A stretch of DNA of 62,552 bases, filler included, from Atractiella rhizophila (GCA_021432655.1; 19 parts of 19 records of this genome joined end to end with filler, not necessarily neighbours in it), one strand, 5' to 3'. Shown: positions 49,359 to 62,376, counted from the first letter of the whole stretch. Notes: generated by a model from the sequence alone, not told the origin. Made by a program: numbers and translations.

Positions 49359-51164
49359 TATTATGATTAGCGCGTTGGAATGATACGAAGAATGCGTACA
49401 ATCAAGGGTGCATTCAATCAGTCATTCCGTTGGAGATCATTTTGCGTCCTGTCGCGCCCTTACGTTACCTTTCGGCTTTCGGCAAGTTCTAGCTCGAAGT
49501 TCATCAACATCAACCAAACAGGAACCAGGCAAGAAACTTAGAGATCAGACGAACTTGAAGAGAGTGAGAAGGTGGTTAAATTGTATCGGTAGTTGTCGAC
49601 AGCACTTTAGCGACCAAGAAACCGAGGAGCCTGCAAGTATTTCACGCTCAAGTCTCTAACATCCAACACCCACCAAGAAGGCTCTGGAGTAAGGGGAAAG
49701 GTCATCAGAGGCGTGTAACTAACCTGAAAGGTATCTTTACTCGCCTAATTGTAAGACACCTTACTCATATTGGCTTTTCACAGACAGCTTTATCCATGGT
49801 CTTTGTTGCAATGGACGCAGCAAACGTCAACGGGAAGAAGAGCGGAAAGAGGCCAGCGGACGCTGCGATGCTAGCAGCACAAGGGAGGATGCCTCCAGGA
49901 GCAAAACGCCCACGGACCAATGTGAGGGACTAGCTCCAATTGCGATTGAATGTCTAACTATTTTCGTCGGCGAAAGCGTGCCTGTGAGCAATGTGAGTCG
50001 GATATCCACTTCCCCCGGGCATTCAACTCAAAATTAATCTTCTAGGCAGAAAACAGAAATCGAGATGTGAGCCGAGCGCGTCAGTCAGCAAGGCGTGCCA
50101 CCGCTGCTTCACCCTCACAATTCCATGTTCCTTCCTTACTCTACCGGACGAGCCATCAACCGCGGGATCTTCCCCTCCAATCCCACCTTCTACCTCTGAC
50201 CACAATTATTCTCTTCCCTCTTTTACTCCCGAATCACGGCAAGGTCTTGTGGATATTTTGTGGAGGGATTCTTCATACCGACGGCTGAAAGTGGGTCCTG
50301 CGCCAATACCCAACAAGCTAGATGATTGACTATTGCATCAAGGGCGAAGAAGACGAAGATTCAAACCCCGATACGAGCGATTGGGCGGATGTACCTACTC
50401 TTCTCAATGGTCTTCTACTCCGCTTCGAGACTCAGCATATTAAACAACCAGTCAAAGCTGTAGAAGGGGGACCTACACATATTACAGCTGAACGGCGAGC
50501 ACAATGGGATGAAATGTGTGTCAGATCTTCAGCCGTGAGTAACAATGCTCAAAAGTGCATCCCAGATATGAGCAGCTCTTTTCACCTCTATTCAGCGCTA
50601 GCTCAAAAGCTCAAGCACGCGCGCCGAGTCCTTTTTTACAAGCTGTCCGACATCTGCTTGCTTCACAGCAATGCACCAACGCTACAGCTGCTGAGACGTC
50701 TTTCTTGACCTCGCTGGTCAATCAAGGCGCTTTTCGAGCAATTAGCGCAAACCCTGCCACATTGAACGAAGAGGAAGTGTTGGATATCATCAAGGTGGGT
50801 CATCTGCACTTTCCAGGGNNNNNNNNNNNNNNNNNNNNNNNNNNNNNNNNNNNNNNNNNNNNTTAATTAATTAANNNNNNNNNNNNNNNNNNNNNNNNNN
50901 NNNNNNNNNNNNNNNNNNTTGCGCGTTTAGTTTCCTTCGAGCACTTTCTGGAACTGTGGCCAACCTTTTGCCACAGGGATCTCTCTGTTATAAAAGCTTG
51001 TAAACCTGCAAGTCCGAGACTGTTATCTCGCACTTCGCAGCGCTAATACATTTGTCAGATGATGAACGAAAAGGTCCCATTTCTTAAGAGTTTGAATAGC
51101 AATTCTCCGTTCTGCAGACACTGCACTCCCAAGAAGAAGATCTAAAGCAACAGCTGATCTCCTT

Positions 51165-51997
51165 CTAATTCATTCTGATACCGACCCCGCAAGTGAGTAA
51201 CCATAACTTGGGCCAGCATTGAACCATCCTGATCCACAAAGCCAAGTACCTCCTCCAAGTGCCGGACACAGGTACTAGAACTGAGAGGAAACAGACACCA
51301 CATGCACAGAGTCCATTGAAGCCAAAGGTCCCAGCCCGCCACCTAATCCCAAGCCTGCAATCCGCAGAGTCTTCCGTAAGTAGTACCCTGTCAAGAAGGG
51401 AAGTAGGGGTCCGCTGAGAGGATGAGATGTTGGAAGCTAGAAAACCCAGCTGACGAGGATCCTGGAGGTAGGAGCAGCGAAGACGACGAAGGAATGTGGA
51501 GAGTGAGAGGATGTCGTTGGGATGCTGAGGGTCGCGCTCAGCCTCCACTGCATCCAAATAAGACTTGTAGTGAGGACAATGTTGGATCAGTGGGATAAGA
51601 GGGTGTGAGCCAGGGTAGGGAGAGGTGATCAAAGAATGAACAGGGTTAACTGGGGAGGAGTTGCGAAGGTGATGATTGAAACCAAGACCCAGATGGCGCA
51701 GGCGCTCAGCAGGGGGGAGGATACCAGAAATTGAAGCGGCAACCTTCCACCTATTGAGAGGCAATCCTGTCACCCAGCAAACCAGTGACTTGATGAGGCG
51801 GATGTAGAGGAGCATGGCCTCACAGGAGGCCCGAGTGTCCAGCTTGCAAGCAGCCAATAAACTAGTCCGCCCGCATAGTCACCAATAGGCTGTACAAAGG
51901 TCCGATAAACAGTAAGTCGAGTTAGAGGGTGCCAACTGGAGCCAGAGACCATAAGATTTTTCAAGAATGCGTCCATCTGATGAATATGATGAGACAA
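51165..51997 (-). mobile_element. 5'-truncated LINE, post-RT C-terminal region of ORF2
   Basis: TRLTVYRTFVQPIGDY thumb-region motif and IRWRAGTFG...CACG. One frameshift near 51860. Confidence 0.7.
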
Positions 51998-52303
51998 TTA
52001 GGTCAGCATTCCAGGTCACGCCAGGCTTGTCTCAAAGAGTGTGGTGCTTACCCACATTTATCCTAGTTTCTACTTGAATTGTGTCCAAGATCAGAGGTGC
52101 TACGGTAAATGCCCTGGAAAGATCGTGCTCAAGAAGTACAATCCTGCCGTACTGTTCTTTTCTTGGGAGGTATGTTGGCATTGATTACTTTACGATAGAC
52201 CCTGATAGAGAAACGAAGTGGGAACAAGTGGGAACTGTTAGGCTGCACTTTATGGTCACCTGGGAAGGGGCACATCAACCTTAGCGTTCCTGAAGGAGTC
52301 TAT

Positions 52304-53460
52304 GTGCCAACGCTGGAGCGTCTGATGGCTGGAATGAAGGCTGCACCACAGAAGAAGCCAAATTCAAAGGCTACGGTGATGTGCCATAACGTGGTTAATG
52401 CGTCCTCCAAACAAAAGTTTTTCGGAAGTACTTTAGCTTCTCTCTTGGAATTAAAGGGTGATTATTCAACAACAGAGTATGCTCACGTCAACCCTTTGAC
52501 AAGACAACCATTCAAGTCAAGGCGAAACGACCATTTGTGGAACGATTGGAGATACCGCACTAGTCATCCAATGGCGGTTCATCCCTGCATTGCAGACTGA
52601 TCTGGCTGAGCACGGGATTTTTGAGGTATACATTGGATTGCACGATCATGTCAATCCTATTCCGCTCAAGTGGGGGTTGAGCAACCAAGCCCTTCTGCAG
52701 AAAGTGTCAGATGCTGCTGGTGGTCTTGGGATCACAGCGCGAAAGCTGCAAGCAAGTGTGACTTGTTCTGAAATTCCTAATTTCAAAGCTGCAACCACCA
52801 CTGTGGTTACCGATGGACGGCCACTTGCCAACATCCATCCAGCCTTCAACAATGCCGACAAGATCAACTACCACCTCAAGAAGTTGGAGAAGAAGAACTT
52901 TCCAGCTGGCACAGATCTTCCCGGTACGTGCCTGATCAACCCAACGCATCTGTAGTGAAACCTGGTGAAGGTATTGTCGCCTGGAAGATGAGTTCAGCGG
53001 CATTGGAAATCTCCTATATTCAAGCCATTACCACTTCGGAAAATGGGGACGCAGACAAAGTCATCTGCATGCTCCCAGAGCTCGTTAAACTCTTAGATAA
53101 AGCAAAGAAGTTTCAGGTGGATGCCACCTTCAAACGCATTGCTGGACAGTGGGAGGAATGGGAAGTAACAATTTGGGATCCCCGCCACCAACAAGGTGTG
53201 TTATGACTGCATGACATTTTACAGGTGACATGGATGATAACTTGGATATAGCTGTCACCATTGCCTGCATTGTTGGCAAAGGTAGTACCAACGCCGATTA
53301 CTATGAAGACAACTTCGAGATACTCTTCTCAAATGTCGAACAGCTTCTTTGTCGGAGGTTGTGGTTCAAGTTGATTGATGGAGAAGGCATCATAGGAATT
53401 ACTAGTGACCCGTCAACACCTCAAATTCTTGGATGGGCACAATGACAGCGGACTCAGTTT
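52304..53460 (+). pseudogene. Decayed MULE/Mutator-like DDE transposase
   Basis: C...H.H.P zinc-finger-like HDHVNP, FQVDATFKR (first catalytic D) and IIGITSD (second D). Stops and introns. Confidence 0.55.
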
Positions 53461-53519
53461 TCGGAGAAGGCAAAGCAGCTTACCCTCGAAGGCATCCGCA
53501 CATCTTTTCACAAGCTCAT

Positions 53520-54265
53520 AGCTAGATCGAAACTCACCTATTGGGCGTCCCACCTTGCCTATCATGAATTGATGGGTACCCTGCATCATTCACGATTCAG
53601 GAATGGCGTCGTACGGTTAACTAAGAGAACTTGCAGTACGTTGAGTAGTCCGGGGTTATGACTCTGACGACTTCTGCCATTTCCCAATGAATCAAAAGTC
53701 CTTGCGATTCTGCTGGCTCGTCGTTAGATGTTGATGGTGGATGTTGCCTGAGGAAATATCGCGGTGTAAGATGCTCGTCCTCTCCATGCGGCTTCGTGAG
53801 CTGTGTGCTGGTCAGACACTGGTCAGACAAACAGTAAAAAGCGACAGAAACATACCACAAACAGCGTCACAGACTGCATTGACCATTTCCCAGCTGGATG
53901 TGAAGGAAGATAGACGGTATCCGATCTTGTCAGTTACCTGAACGTAACGTTGCATCGTTAGGCGATAAGGCTCCTCGATCTTCTGGAAGTCGCCCTCAAT
54001 GTCGTAGTCGTGAAGCATGGCGGGAACGTTTGCAACATTTAATTTGCGAAGCGTGTCTCCTTCCTTTTCGTACTCCATCTTCCTCCAGATATCCTTCAAA
54101 AGTACAAGCTTCTTTAGACGAGGGTAATAAGCGTAAAATCATTTCGTGCTACGACCGACAGGATACATGCGAAAGTCGGTGAAAGGTTTCGAGACGTAGT
54201 AGCTCGCCAAACCGAACTTGACGACGTACAGTGGATCGTCAGCCCCAAGGCTAAGGCGGTCCCTT
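53520..54265 (-). pseudogene. Second FunK1-type kinase pseudogene
   Basis: VGRSTK, VLLKDIWR, EGDTLRKL, IGYRLSSF, YRDISSGNI, GLLIHWEMA and GTHQFM. Confidence 0.8.
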
Positions 54266-54365
54266 NNNNNNNNNNNNNNNNNNNNNNNNNNNNNNNNNNN
54301 NNNNNNNNNTTAATTAATTAANNNNNNNNNNNNNNNNNNNNNNNNNNNNNNNNNNNNNNNNNNNN

Positions 54366-56562
54366 GAGACAGGGAAGGGAGCAACAACCTTGCATTTGGG
54401 GATGTTGAGCTTCATTCCATTCCGATCAGACCAGTCGCTAACCAAATCGAGCTGATCCTGGCCTTCCTCGACGGTTTCGGGAATGCAGGCAATATCATCG
54501 GCAAAGGTGGGGGCAGAGACAAGGGAGGACACATTAGAGGGGAGAGCAGGAGGGGAGTGTGAGGGTGTTGGCTGAAAAGGAAAGGCATAGAGCGGGGGAG
54601 GAGCGGGTTGAGAAGACAGACAAGCGGGTCGATGAAGAGCTCGAAGAGCATGGGGATGATCGGACCGCCCTGTGGGTACCCGCGGTGAATGGCGATGGGA
54701 GGCTGGCGCTGGCCGTTCACGATGATCGTTGCCGACGCATTGTGTGTGCAGAGCTGCCAAACGAGCTCGCGGATAGCTGAAGGAGCACCGCAGGACTTCA
54801 AGTTAGCGTCGGTAATGTCGTGACGGACTGACGGTAAGGCGCGTTCAAAGTCCAGGAAAATCGCTATGGGTCGCTGACGGGTTCTCGCGGCTGAGTCGAC
54901 AATCAAGAGGTTAGATAGGCAGGAGAACCCTCTATTGAACCCAGCTTGGGCCATATGAGTGAAATTCCAGCTTAAGGGATCCTCGCCAGAAATGGTGGGA
55001 AGGAAAAGGATTTCCCAAAGACGCCGAAACATAACAAAGAGGGACGGGGGGCGGCTATCAGCAGCGGTTGGAGGACGACCCTTGCCTTTTGGGATGAAGG
55101 GCATGACCTGTTCACCCCATCGTGAAGGAGTACGACGAGTAGCAGCAACCAGGCGAAATAGGGAGAAGAGGTGGTCAGCGAGAGAAAAGAACCCGGTGGG
55201 AGCATTCTTCTTCTCCCCATCAGAAGAGAAGCATGAGAGAGTGGCGAGTAGGCGAGCATGGACACCGTCAATGCCGGGAGACTTGCCCTTGGGATAGCGA
55301 GCGAGAGCGCTTCTAATCGCTGAAGAGGTGAAGAGGTGGCCTAGGCCCCAACACTGTTCATCGAAGATAGGACCATCGAAGTGCGGGCGATCAGGAGGAG
55401 GCAGATTGCTTTCGTAAATGTCGCTCCAGAGCTGAACCGCTTCATCAGCAGCAGTGAGACCGCTTAGAGCCCCAGAAGGAGACGGGACAAGGAGGCGTGG
55501 GCTACTGCGTCCGGATTTCTTAAAGAGGCGGATAGCGGCTAAAGGAGAGCGAGAGCGGGAGATTTCGTCGAGAGCAAAGTCGGGGTTCAGCCGAACAGCT
55601 GAAGCGTTGTATTCGCCCAGAACCGAACGAGCAACTACGTTGACAGCGTTGAAGACCGCCGAGTCTGCATCATCCACTATAGCCTGCAATTTGTCACCTT
55701 CTCCAATACTTGCCGCCGAACGAGCCAAGGTCCAGCTTTGTTGAAGAAGAATTTTAATGTCCCGAGACAGTTTCGCGTATGCGTAGAGAAGGACCTCGGA
55801 TGCAAAGGGGATATCCATATTAGAGATGCAGGGGCGGGAAAGTCCAGGGTCCGTGTGGAGAGGGCTAAGATGGAGAGAAAGCTGCGATAGAAGGAGGGGA
55901 TGGTCGGAAGAGATAGACAGGCAGGACTGATGGATCAACGATAGGGAGTGGACGGGGGTAGAAGGAGAGGAGAAGATGTGATCAAGAGGATCGGGGAAAG
56001 CTGCGAGGATGGAGTGAGGAGGTACTACATATAGGTGACGAATTGCCATCCAAGTAACCAGAGAAGAGACTCGATCAGGAGGAGACACGATTGAGCCGTG
56101 TACAGCTGCTCCAAGTCGAACGTTGAAATCACCAGTGAGTAAATCGACAGGAGGGAGTTCGGCAAGGAGTTGCAGGCAACGAGCATTTGAGTAGGATGGA
56201 GGGAGGTAGACAAAGGCAAGGCGCTTTCCAGCAAGCTTCACCCAGACCCAATTAACACCCGCAGAAACACCCTCCGAGTCGACACCAGACTTCAGAGAAC
56301 GGTCAATGAACTGAACTACCCCTCCATTCTCATGACCAATCTCCCTTCGTTCTGCCACCTCCGGTCGCTTTGAGCCCACCAAAAAGTAAGGAGAGGAACA
56401 GTAAGCTGAGCGGGACTGAATGAACCAGTCCTCGGTGACTGCTAGCAGGCCACAGAAGGAGGAAGAGAACCACTGCTGAGCAACGGCCCACTTCTCCGAT
56501 TGTAGACCACGCATGTTCATTACTGCGAGAGGGACTTGAAGAGACGGAGAGCTGGAACTCAT
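54366..56562 (-). CDS. LINE ORF2: APE endonuclease plus reverse transcriptase; frameshift just before FADD
   Basis: APE motifs NMRGL, TEDW, VYLPP, GDFN, LDHIF and SDH. RT motifs KSPGIDG, QAGF, FLDFERA and GYPQGG. FADD and LNIPKC lie in another frame (54314..54760). Confidence 0.9.
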
Positions 56563-57638
56563 TGAGGGGAGTCGGCAGCCAAGCGTGCATCGACATCCAT
56601 CTCGTTGTCAACCGGATTGTCGATCAGAGTCTCGCTCCCGTCGAGACGGAGATGAGCGAAGTATTCCTTTGTGGCCATACTGGCTGTGGAGTCCTTCTGC
56701 GTAATCCTTCGAAGACGGGATAACCAATCTTTCCGAATGCGATCAACGACGTCCTGGGGAGCTTCGGGGTTATGAGGCTTGCTAGGATCATAGTTTGAGA
56801 CGACAATGACCTTGCTGGACGTCATAATATCGAGGAAAGTCTGGACATAGCTCTGATCCATTAGGATTTCGAGAGTGTCCCTGCCAACCCAAGAAAGGTG
56901 AGCGATGTTGACAAGCCTAATCTGAAGGGCTCGGAATGTCTCTCTGATCTTCCTGTATGCCGACCATCTGAGCTTGACATAAACAGGTTGAAGTTTATCC
57001 GCAGAAAGTGCAGGGGGAGAGGATTCCGAGGGAGGAGGTCTGCGAGGGCCAGGGACAGGGCGCAACTCGTTGAGAAGTGATTGAGCCCGCTCGCGGTCGT
57101 GGACTGGGATCTTGTCGAGGTGGGCTTGCGCGATGGCGGCGTAAGTAGGCTTTTTAGGAGGGGCTGGTGGGGAAGCAGCAGTAGAGGCTGGTTGGAGGGG
57201 AGGGGTGTGAGCAGCCGCAGCTGTTAGCACGTTGTTTCTCTCCATCAGCTGCTTGTGAGACGACTTCATTTCCTCGACATCCTTCGTAAGGGATTTCACA
57301 TGTGACAGAAGCTCGGAGAACAGATCCCATTGTCTATCAGCATCTAGTGAAGCAAAATGCTCTCTGCCCAACTCCAGAAGCTCCAACTCCTCTCCACTCG
57401 TCACCGCCTTCCTCTTCTGGGTTTTGGCCTTCTTTCGGGGGGACGCACCAAGCAGGGATGGAAGTCCATCACCCTCTTCCACCCGAATCCTTACCTGGAT
57501 GCCACCATCCGCCACATTAGCAGTACCCAATCCAGCTCCCTCTGTCATTTCCAGCTCGCCTACGCCACCGCCACCGTTGTTTTGTGTGAGAGATGAGGAC
57601 ATCGACGGGGCGGAGGGAGGCCCTCCATTCGTCGACAT
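56559..57638 (-). CDS. LINE ORF1 protein (coiled coil, no zinc knuckle)
   Basis: Intact 359-aa ORF directly upstream of ORF2, with a coiled coil, a PTYAAIA motif and an RRM-like central region. Confidence 0.8.
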   Translation of the reverse strand: MSTNGGPPSAPSMSSSLTQNNGGGGVGELEMTEGAGLGTANVADGGIQVRIRVEEGDGLPSLLGASPRKKAKTQKRKAVTSGEELELLELGREHFASLDADRQWDLFSELLSHVKSLTKDVEEMKSSHKQLMERNNVLTAAAAHTPPLQPASTAASPPAPPKKPTYAAIAQAHLDKIPVHDRERAQSLLNELRPVPGPRRPPPSESSPPALSADKLQPVYVKLRWSAYRKIRETFRALQIRLVNIAHLSWVGRDTLEILMDQSYVQTFLDIMTSSKVIVVSNYDPSKPHNPEAPQDVVDRIRKDWLSRLRRITQKDSTASMATKEYFAHLRLDGSETLIDNPVDNEMDVDARLAADSPQ

Positions 57639-57900
57639 TGTAAATTAGAAGAATAAAGTAGAATAAGTTGCTGGATGTTGTTGGAGAGGATGCTTCATAC
57701 CCNNNNNNNNNNNNNNNNNNNNNNNNNNNNNNNNNNNNNNNNNNNNTTAATTAATTAANNNNNNNNNNNNNNNNNNNNNNNNNNNNNNNNNNNNNNNNNN
57801 NNCATTGAACAGCGAAGGGTTGACTGGCGGAAACCATGCCTTTGGTAGAGAAGACGACGGAGCGTCTCGAGTTGAAAGCGATGTTTGGAGGAATCGATGA

Positions 57901-58211
57901 TGTTGAACCTGAGGTTCATCAGAAATGATGGTGACAAAAGATCAATGAATATTACATGACTATATGAGACAGGAGGGCTTACCTGAGGTTCATCAGAAAT
58001 GATGGTGACAAAAGATCAATGAATATTACATGACTATATAAGACAGGAGGGCTTACCTGAGGTTCATCAGAAATGATGGTGACAAAAGATGAACCTCAGG
58101 TAAGGTGAGAATGCGAAGTAAACTACGGGAGCGGACGGAACAACAATACGAAATGCGGAAAGAGGCGTAAAGTGAAAGCAGATCAGCGAGAGTAACAACG
58201 ACAGTTCAACA
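57901..58211 (-). repeat. 3' LTR (311 bp) of a copia element, containing a 74-bp tandem repeat
   Basis: Termini TGTTGAAC...GTTCAACA, preceded on the minus strand by the purine tract GTAGTGGGAG. 74-bp units start at 57907, 57981 and 58055. Confidence 0.85.
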
Positions 58212-58335
58212 CTCCCACTACGTACGCTACCGATAGAAAACAGAGAGATGGAAAATGTAGTCGGAGATGGTGTCAGATGCTGGGATGGGTGGGACGGTTT
58301 GAGAAATGGTGTGTGATCAGTATATGAAACTTGTT

Positions 58336-61135
58336 CTATGAAAATTGTATCCGTTCTCCTACGTCTCGTACACCCATAGCGTGGATGCATTGATGGAAAG
58401 CATCCTTCGATAACGGTTTTGTCAGGACGTCGGCTATTTGATGCCGTGTTGGAATATACCGTAGGATTACGTTCCCTTTCTGAACGTTGTCTCGTACCAT
58501 GTGATAACGAAGCAAGAAAGGCTTGCTTTGTGCATGGTGCACTCCATTCGTTGAGATCTTTATCGCGGCTTGGTTGTCTTCATAGACAGTGGTTGGTGGG
58601 ATGTCTTCTCCATCAAGGACGTTGTGAACGCTTCGAAGCGCGTCCAATTCTGAGTAGAGGCCTCTTGTCCAGAGCAGGTCAGCAGTTGCTTTGGCAGCGG
58701 CCCCATACTCTGCTTCTCCGGAAGACAATGCAACTACTGTTTGAGGTTTTGACTTGAAGGTGATTGGTGCGCCGCAAAGCATGGTGAGGCGGCCTTCTTG
58801 GGACTTGAGAGAAGGTAGGAGAGAGGCGAAAGAGGCATCAGCGTATGCGTGAAGGGGGCGACGATCGTTTCCGTTGAAGAGAAGGCCTTTGTTCGAAGTG
58901 GCGCTGAGATAACGAAAGATTTGTTTTACGGCCTTGAAATGTTCTGGCCCTGGATTGGCTGCGAAGCGTTGGACATTTGAAAGGGCATAAGTGATATCAG
59001 GTCTTGTGCAGACTGAGAGCCAGTTCAGGCATCCAGTTGCTTCGAGGAAGGACCACTCAGGTCTGTTTTCAAGTTCCTCCTGAGTCCATGTGCCGTTGAA
59101 AGGCTCGAGTTTGATTTTGGGATTTGCCGGTACGCTGGCATAGCTGTTTGTGAAACCGAACTTTTCCAAGATAGTCGCGGTGTAGACTCTTTGAGTCAAG
59201 CTTATCGTGCGTTCCTCCCAATTTCGCTTTACTTCCATCCCTAGGAACTTCCCCACCTCTCCTAGGATGCGCAAGGCAAACGAAGTCCCAAGCTCTTTTT
59301 GGAGGGCTTGGACGGTTATTCGATCTTTACCAAGAAGGAGAGTGTCATCGACATAGACAATGAGAATATAAAGCTTCCCCCCTTGCTTCTTGGTGAAGAC
59401 ACAGGAATCAGACCAGAGTGGTGTCCAGCCCTTTGCAGTGAGGTCGCTTTTTAACGTGTCGAACCACAGGCATGCAGCTTCCAGCAGCCCGTACAACCCC
59501 TTTTTGAGGAGGTAGACCTTTCCTTCCGTTCCTGGTTTTTCTAGGCCCGGGGGCTGGCGAATGTAGATTCGAGTTTTCGAGGTGTCAATGGGGGAGTTGA
59601 GGAAAGCAGTCTCATAATCAGCTTGATAGATTGCAAGATCCTCGCGTGCTGCCAGAGCGATGACTCCACGAATGGTTTCCCCACTACTGACAGGCGCGAA
59701 CGTTGGGTTGCCTGTCGGAGCTTGAAGATCTCCTCTGACGCAGATACGGGCTTTCAAGCTTTCCAGCTTGCCGTTGATGTCGTATTTGTGTCGAAATGCC
59801 CACATCAGCAGTGTTGCAGTCTCGCCTTCTGGGAGATCAATAGGTTCTCCTTCTATTGTTTTATTCAAAAACTGCTTCTCCCACTCCTTTCGACATTCCT
59901 CCAACCATTCCTCCCTTTCTTCACTTCTCAACGCTTCCTTCAGACTCCTTGGCTCGCGCAAGGACCATCCCTGGTCTTGCAGGGCTCGGGTGGAAAACAT
60001 GTAATCAACGGTATCGGAGAGACGTGAGGAAGGAAGGTTATGGGTACCGTGGTGACGGATGGCTTCACGCACATCCTTCTCAGTGAGTTCTTCGACTTGA
60101 ACCGCCGTAGGAGTGCTGATGTTAGGTTCAAGGGTTTCAATGGAGTGAAAGGCACTCTCCTGTTGCGCGGGTCTTACGTCCACCACTACGTGCTTGGCCC
60201 CACTGCAACTGCCCGATTTTGATACTTTGGAAGCAGTTACGCTTCCTTTTGTTTCGCACGGAGTGGTAGCAAGGCGCAAGATGTCTTTGTGTTTCGAATC
60301 GACAACGTACTCGCCGCCGAAAATGTGTTTATTTGGAACTCTCACTCGTGTGGAACGACGAGGTTGAGGAGGAGTCTGTGTCTGGGGTTTGGATGCGACG
60401 GTGGGAAGAGAGGGTGGTGGGGGGCTGACATTGTCTCCTTCGGTTTCGGTGCGTCCCGTTGTTCTGTCAGGAGAGAGTTGCTGATGGAGAAAAGGGTCAC
60501 TTTCCTGAACAGCGGGTCTTACGTCCACCCCATCGTGTGTAGCGCCCTCGCAACTGCCCGTACTCAAGTTATCTCCCACGACATTGGTTCCCTTCGCGGT
60601 TTGATTGAGAATAGATGGCGTTGGAGCGATAGTTTCCAAAGAATTGGGAATAGGAGGAGCTCGTCGTACTCCTGAATCGGGAAGACTGGGATCGGAGGGT
60701 AAGTCTTGGGGGAACTCATCTATGTTTTGTTCTGACAAGAACGTGTAGTCTTCAAGTCGATCCGACCCAGTGCGTCCTTCAAAGTAGCTTTCAGCGAAAA
60801 TGACGTGACGTGCACGAATCAGTCGACGTTTCGCTGGATCCCAGCATCGATGCGACTTGAACATGATGTCCGGGCCCAGGTAGATGCAGCGAACAGCCTT
60901 GTCCTCCCACTTCCTCCGTCTCTCCTCTGGGATCAACGCCCATGCTGTACATCCGAACGTTCGCAGATATCCGACTGAGGGGAGGGTACCTTCAAGAGTT
61001 GTGAGCGGGATTTTTCCTTGGAGAGAGGAGTGGGGTATTCGGTTGTGTACGTGCCCAGCGAAGTAGAGAGCTTCTGCCCAGAATGCTAATGGGAGTCTTG
61101 CATGGTACAGCATCGATTTGGCGAGGTTACGAAGC
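58336..61135 (-). CDS. Copia pol 3' half (integrase C-terminus/SH3, RT, RNase H), uninterrupted
   Basis: 925-aa ORF with FWAEA, LRTFGC, ADYETAFLN, LYGL, YVDD, TRPDI, SSGEAEY, EDNQAAI and ADVLTKPL. Confidence 0.95.
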
Positions 61136-61252
61136 NNNNNNNNNNNNNNNNNNNNNNNNNNNNNNNNNNNNNNNNNNNNTTAATTAATTAANNNNNNNNN
61201 NNNNNNNNNNNNNNNNNNNNNNNNNNNNNNNNNNNACTTCCTCTTCCCCCTC

Positions 61253-62376
61253 TTAAACGACCCCTCTGGTCGATACGTCGCCATCTGCTACGGTAATCAG
61301 CGGTCTCTCGACCCTGACTGACCGATTAACTCTGGCTTCCCTAACATCTTCCAGCTTCCCAAACTTCGCTTTATAACGTTCCAACTCGCTTTTGAGGGCT
61401 TCTGAAGATGTTCCAGGGCAGTTGGAAGCGACATGACCCTTCTTGTGGCAGTTGAAGCACTCCACAGGTGGCCAATCCCTTCTCCCAGATCCCCCACCAT
61501 TCCTTGCACCTCTCCCTGTAAGGATCTAAGGCTAGGAGTGGTTGGTGGTCAATAATGAGACATTAGAGAAGTATAGAGAGACATACCTAGGAGTGGTTGG
61601 TGGTCAATAATGAGCACCAACACTCCTAGGCAGAACTAAACTACATAGTGATGACTCATACGAGTCATAAGAGTCATAAGAGGCAGATGACCAAAACAAC
61701 ACACTACAACTAACACTCCCACGTCCTACAGGACGTCCCCTGTTGCTGCTGGACGCCTGATTCGCCATTTGGGTGTTTGAGATGGCTTCCTCTGAGTTCC
61801 TGGTGGCCTGAACCGAGAAGAAAGCTTGTTTAATCAATCTGAGATCAGTTGAGGTCATCAGGGTGATGTTTTGGACGAAACTGGCATATTCTGGGCCCAG
61901 AGAGCAAATGAGAGCGAAGGATTGAAGGTCCTCCTTCAAATTATCGAGGGAATAGTCTTTGGACAGCGTATTGGTGAAGTCCAGAAGGAGCTGGTCACTT
62001 CTGGCACAGAGGGTGACCAGGGATTCATCTTCTTTCTTCTGGAGAGCAAGCAGGGCGCTTAGGGACGAAAAACGCGTGGAAGACCTCTTCTGCTGGTGGA
62101 TTTCTTGAAGGGTGGACCAGATCTTGACTGGATCTTGAATGACAGACACCACATGAGCCTTCTGGGTGGATTCCAGGCTGAGGAACAGCATTCCTGCCGC
62201 TTTAGAGCGCTCCTTTTCCCATTGCTTTCCCTCCTTCAAATCAGCAGGCTTCTTCTCCTCTCCACACACAATCTCCCATAGCCCCTTTCGCATTAATTCA
62301 GCTTGCATATGGATGCACCAGGTGCCATAGTTCTTCTCTCCAAGGGGGTGATCAAAATTTTACTTTCTTCAGACAT
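61253..62376 (-). pseudogene. Copia gag interrupted by a solo LTR
   Basis: KNYGTW, LWEIVCGEE, IWSTLQEIH and CFNCHKKGHVASNC. A 1-nt frameshift lies in the C-run near 62345. Confidence 0.85.
61517..61715. mobile_element. Solo LTR (199 bp) with a 5-bp TSD
   Basis: Termini TGTAAG...CTAACA. TSD CTCCC at 61512-61516 and 61716-61720. Removal restores the gag frame GRGRGARNGG...CFNC. Confidence 0.9.

Larger units (their letters stand above)
54366..57702 (-). mobile_element. LINE retrotransposon (ORF1 plus APE-RT ORF2), 3'-truncated by the contig end
   Basis: Two ORFs overlapping by ATGA, with complete APE and RT motif sets. Confidence 0.93.

Noticed and set aside
58419..61066. Plus-strand ORFs within the copia pol
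   Set aside because: Antisense shadows of the real minus-strand ORF.
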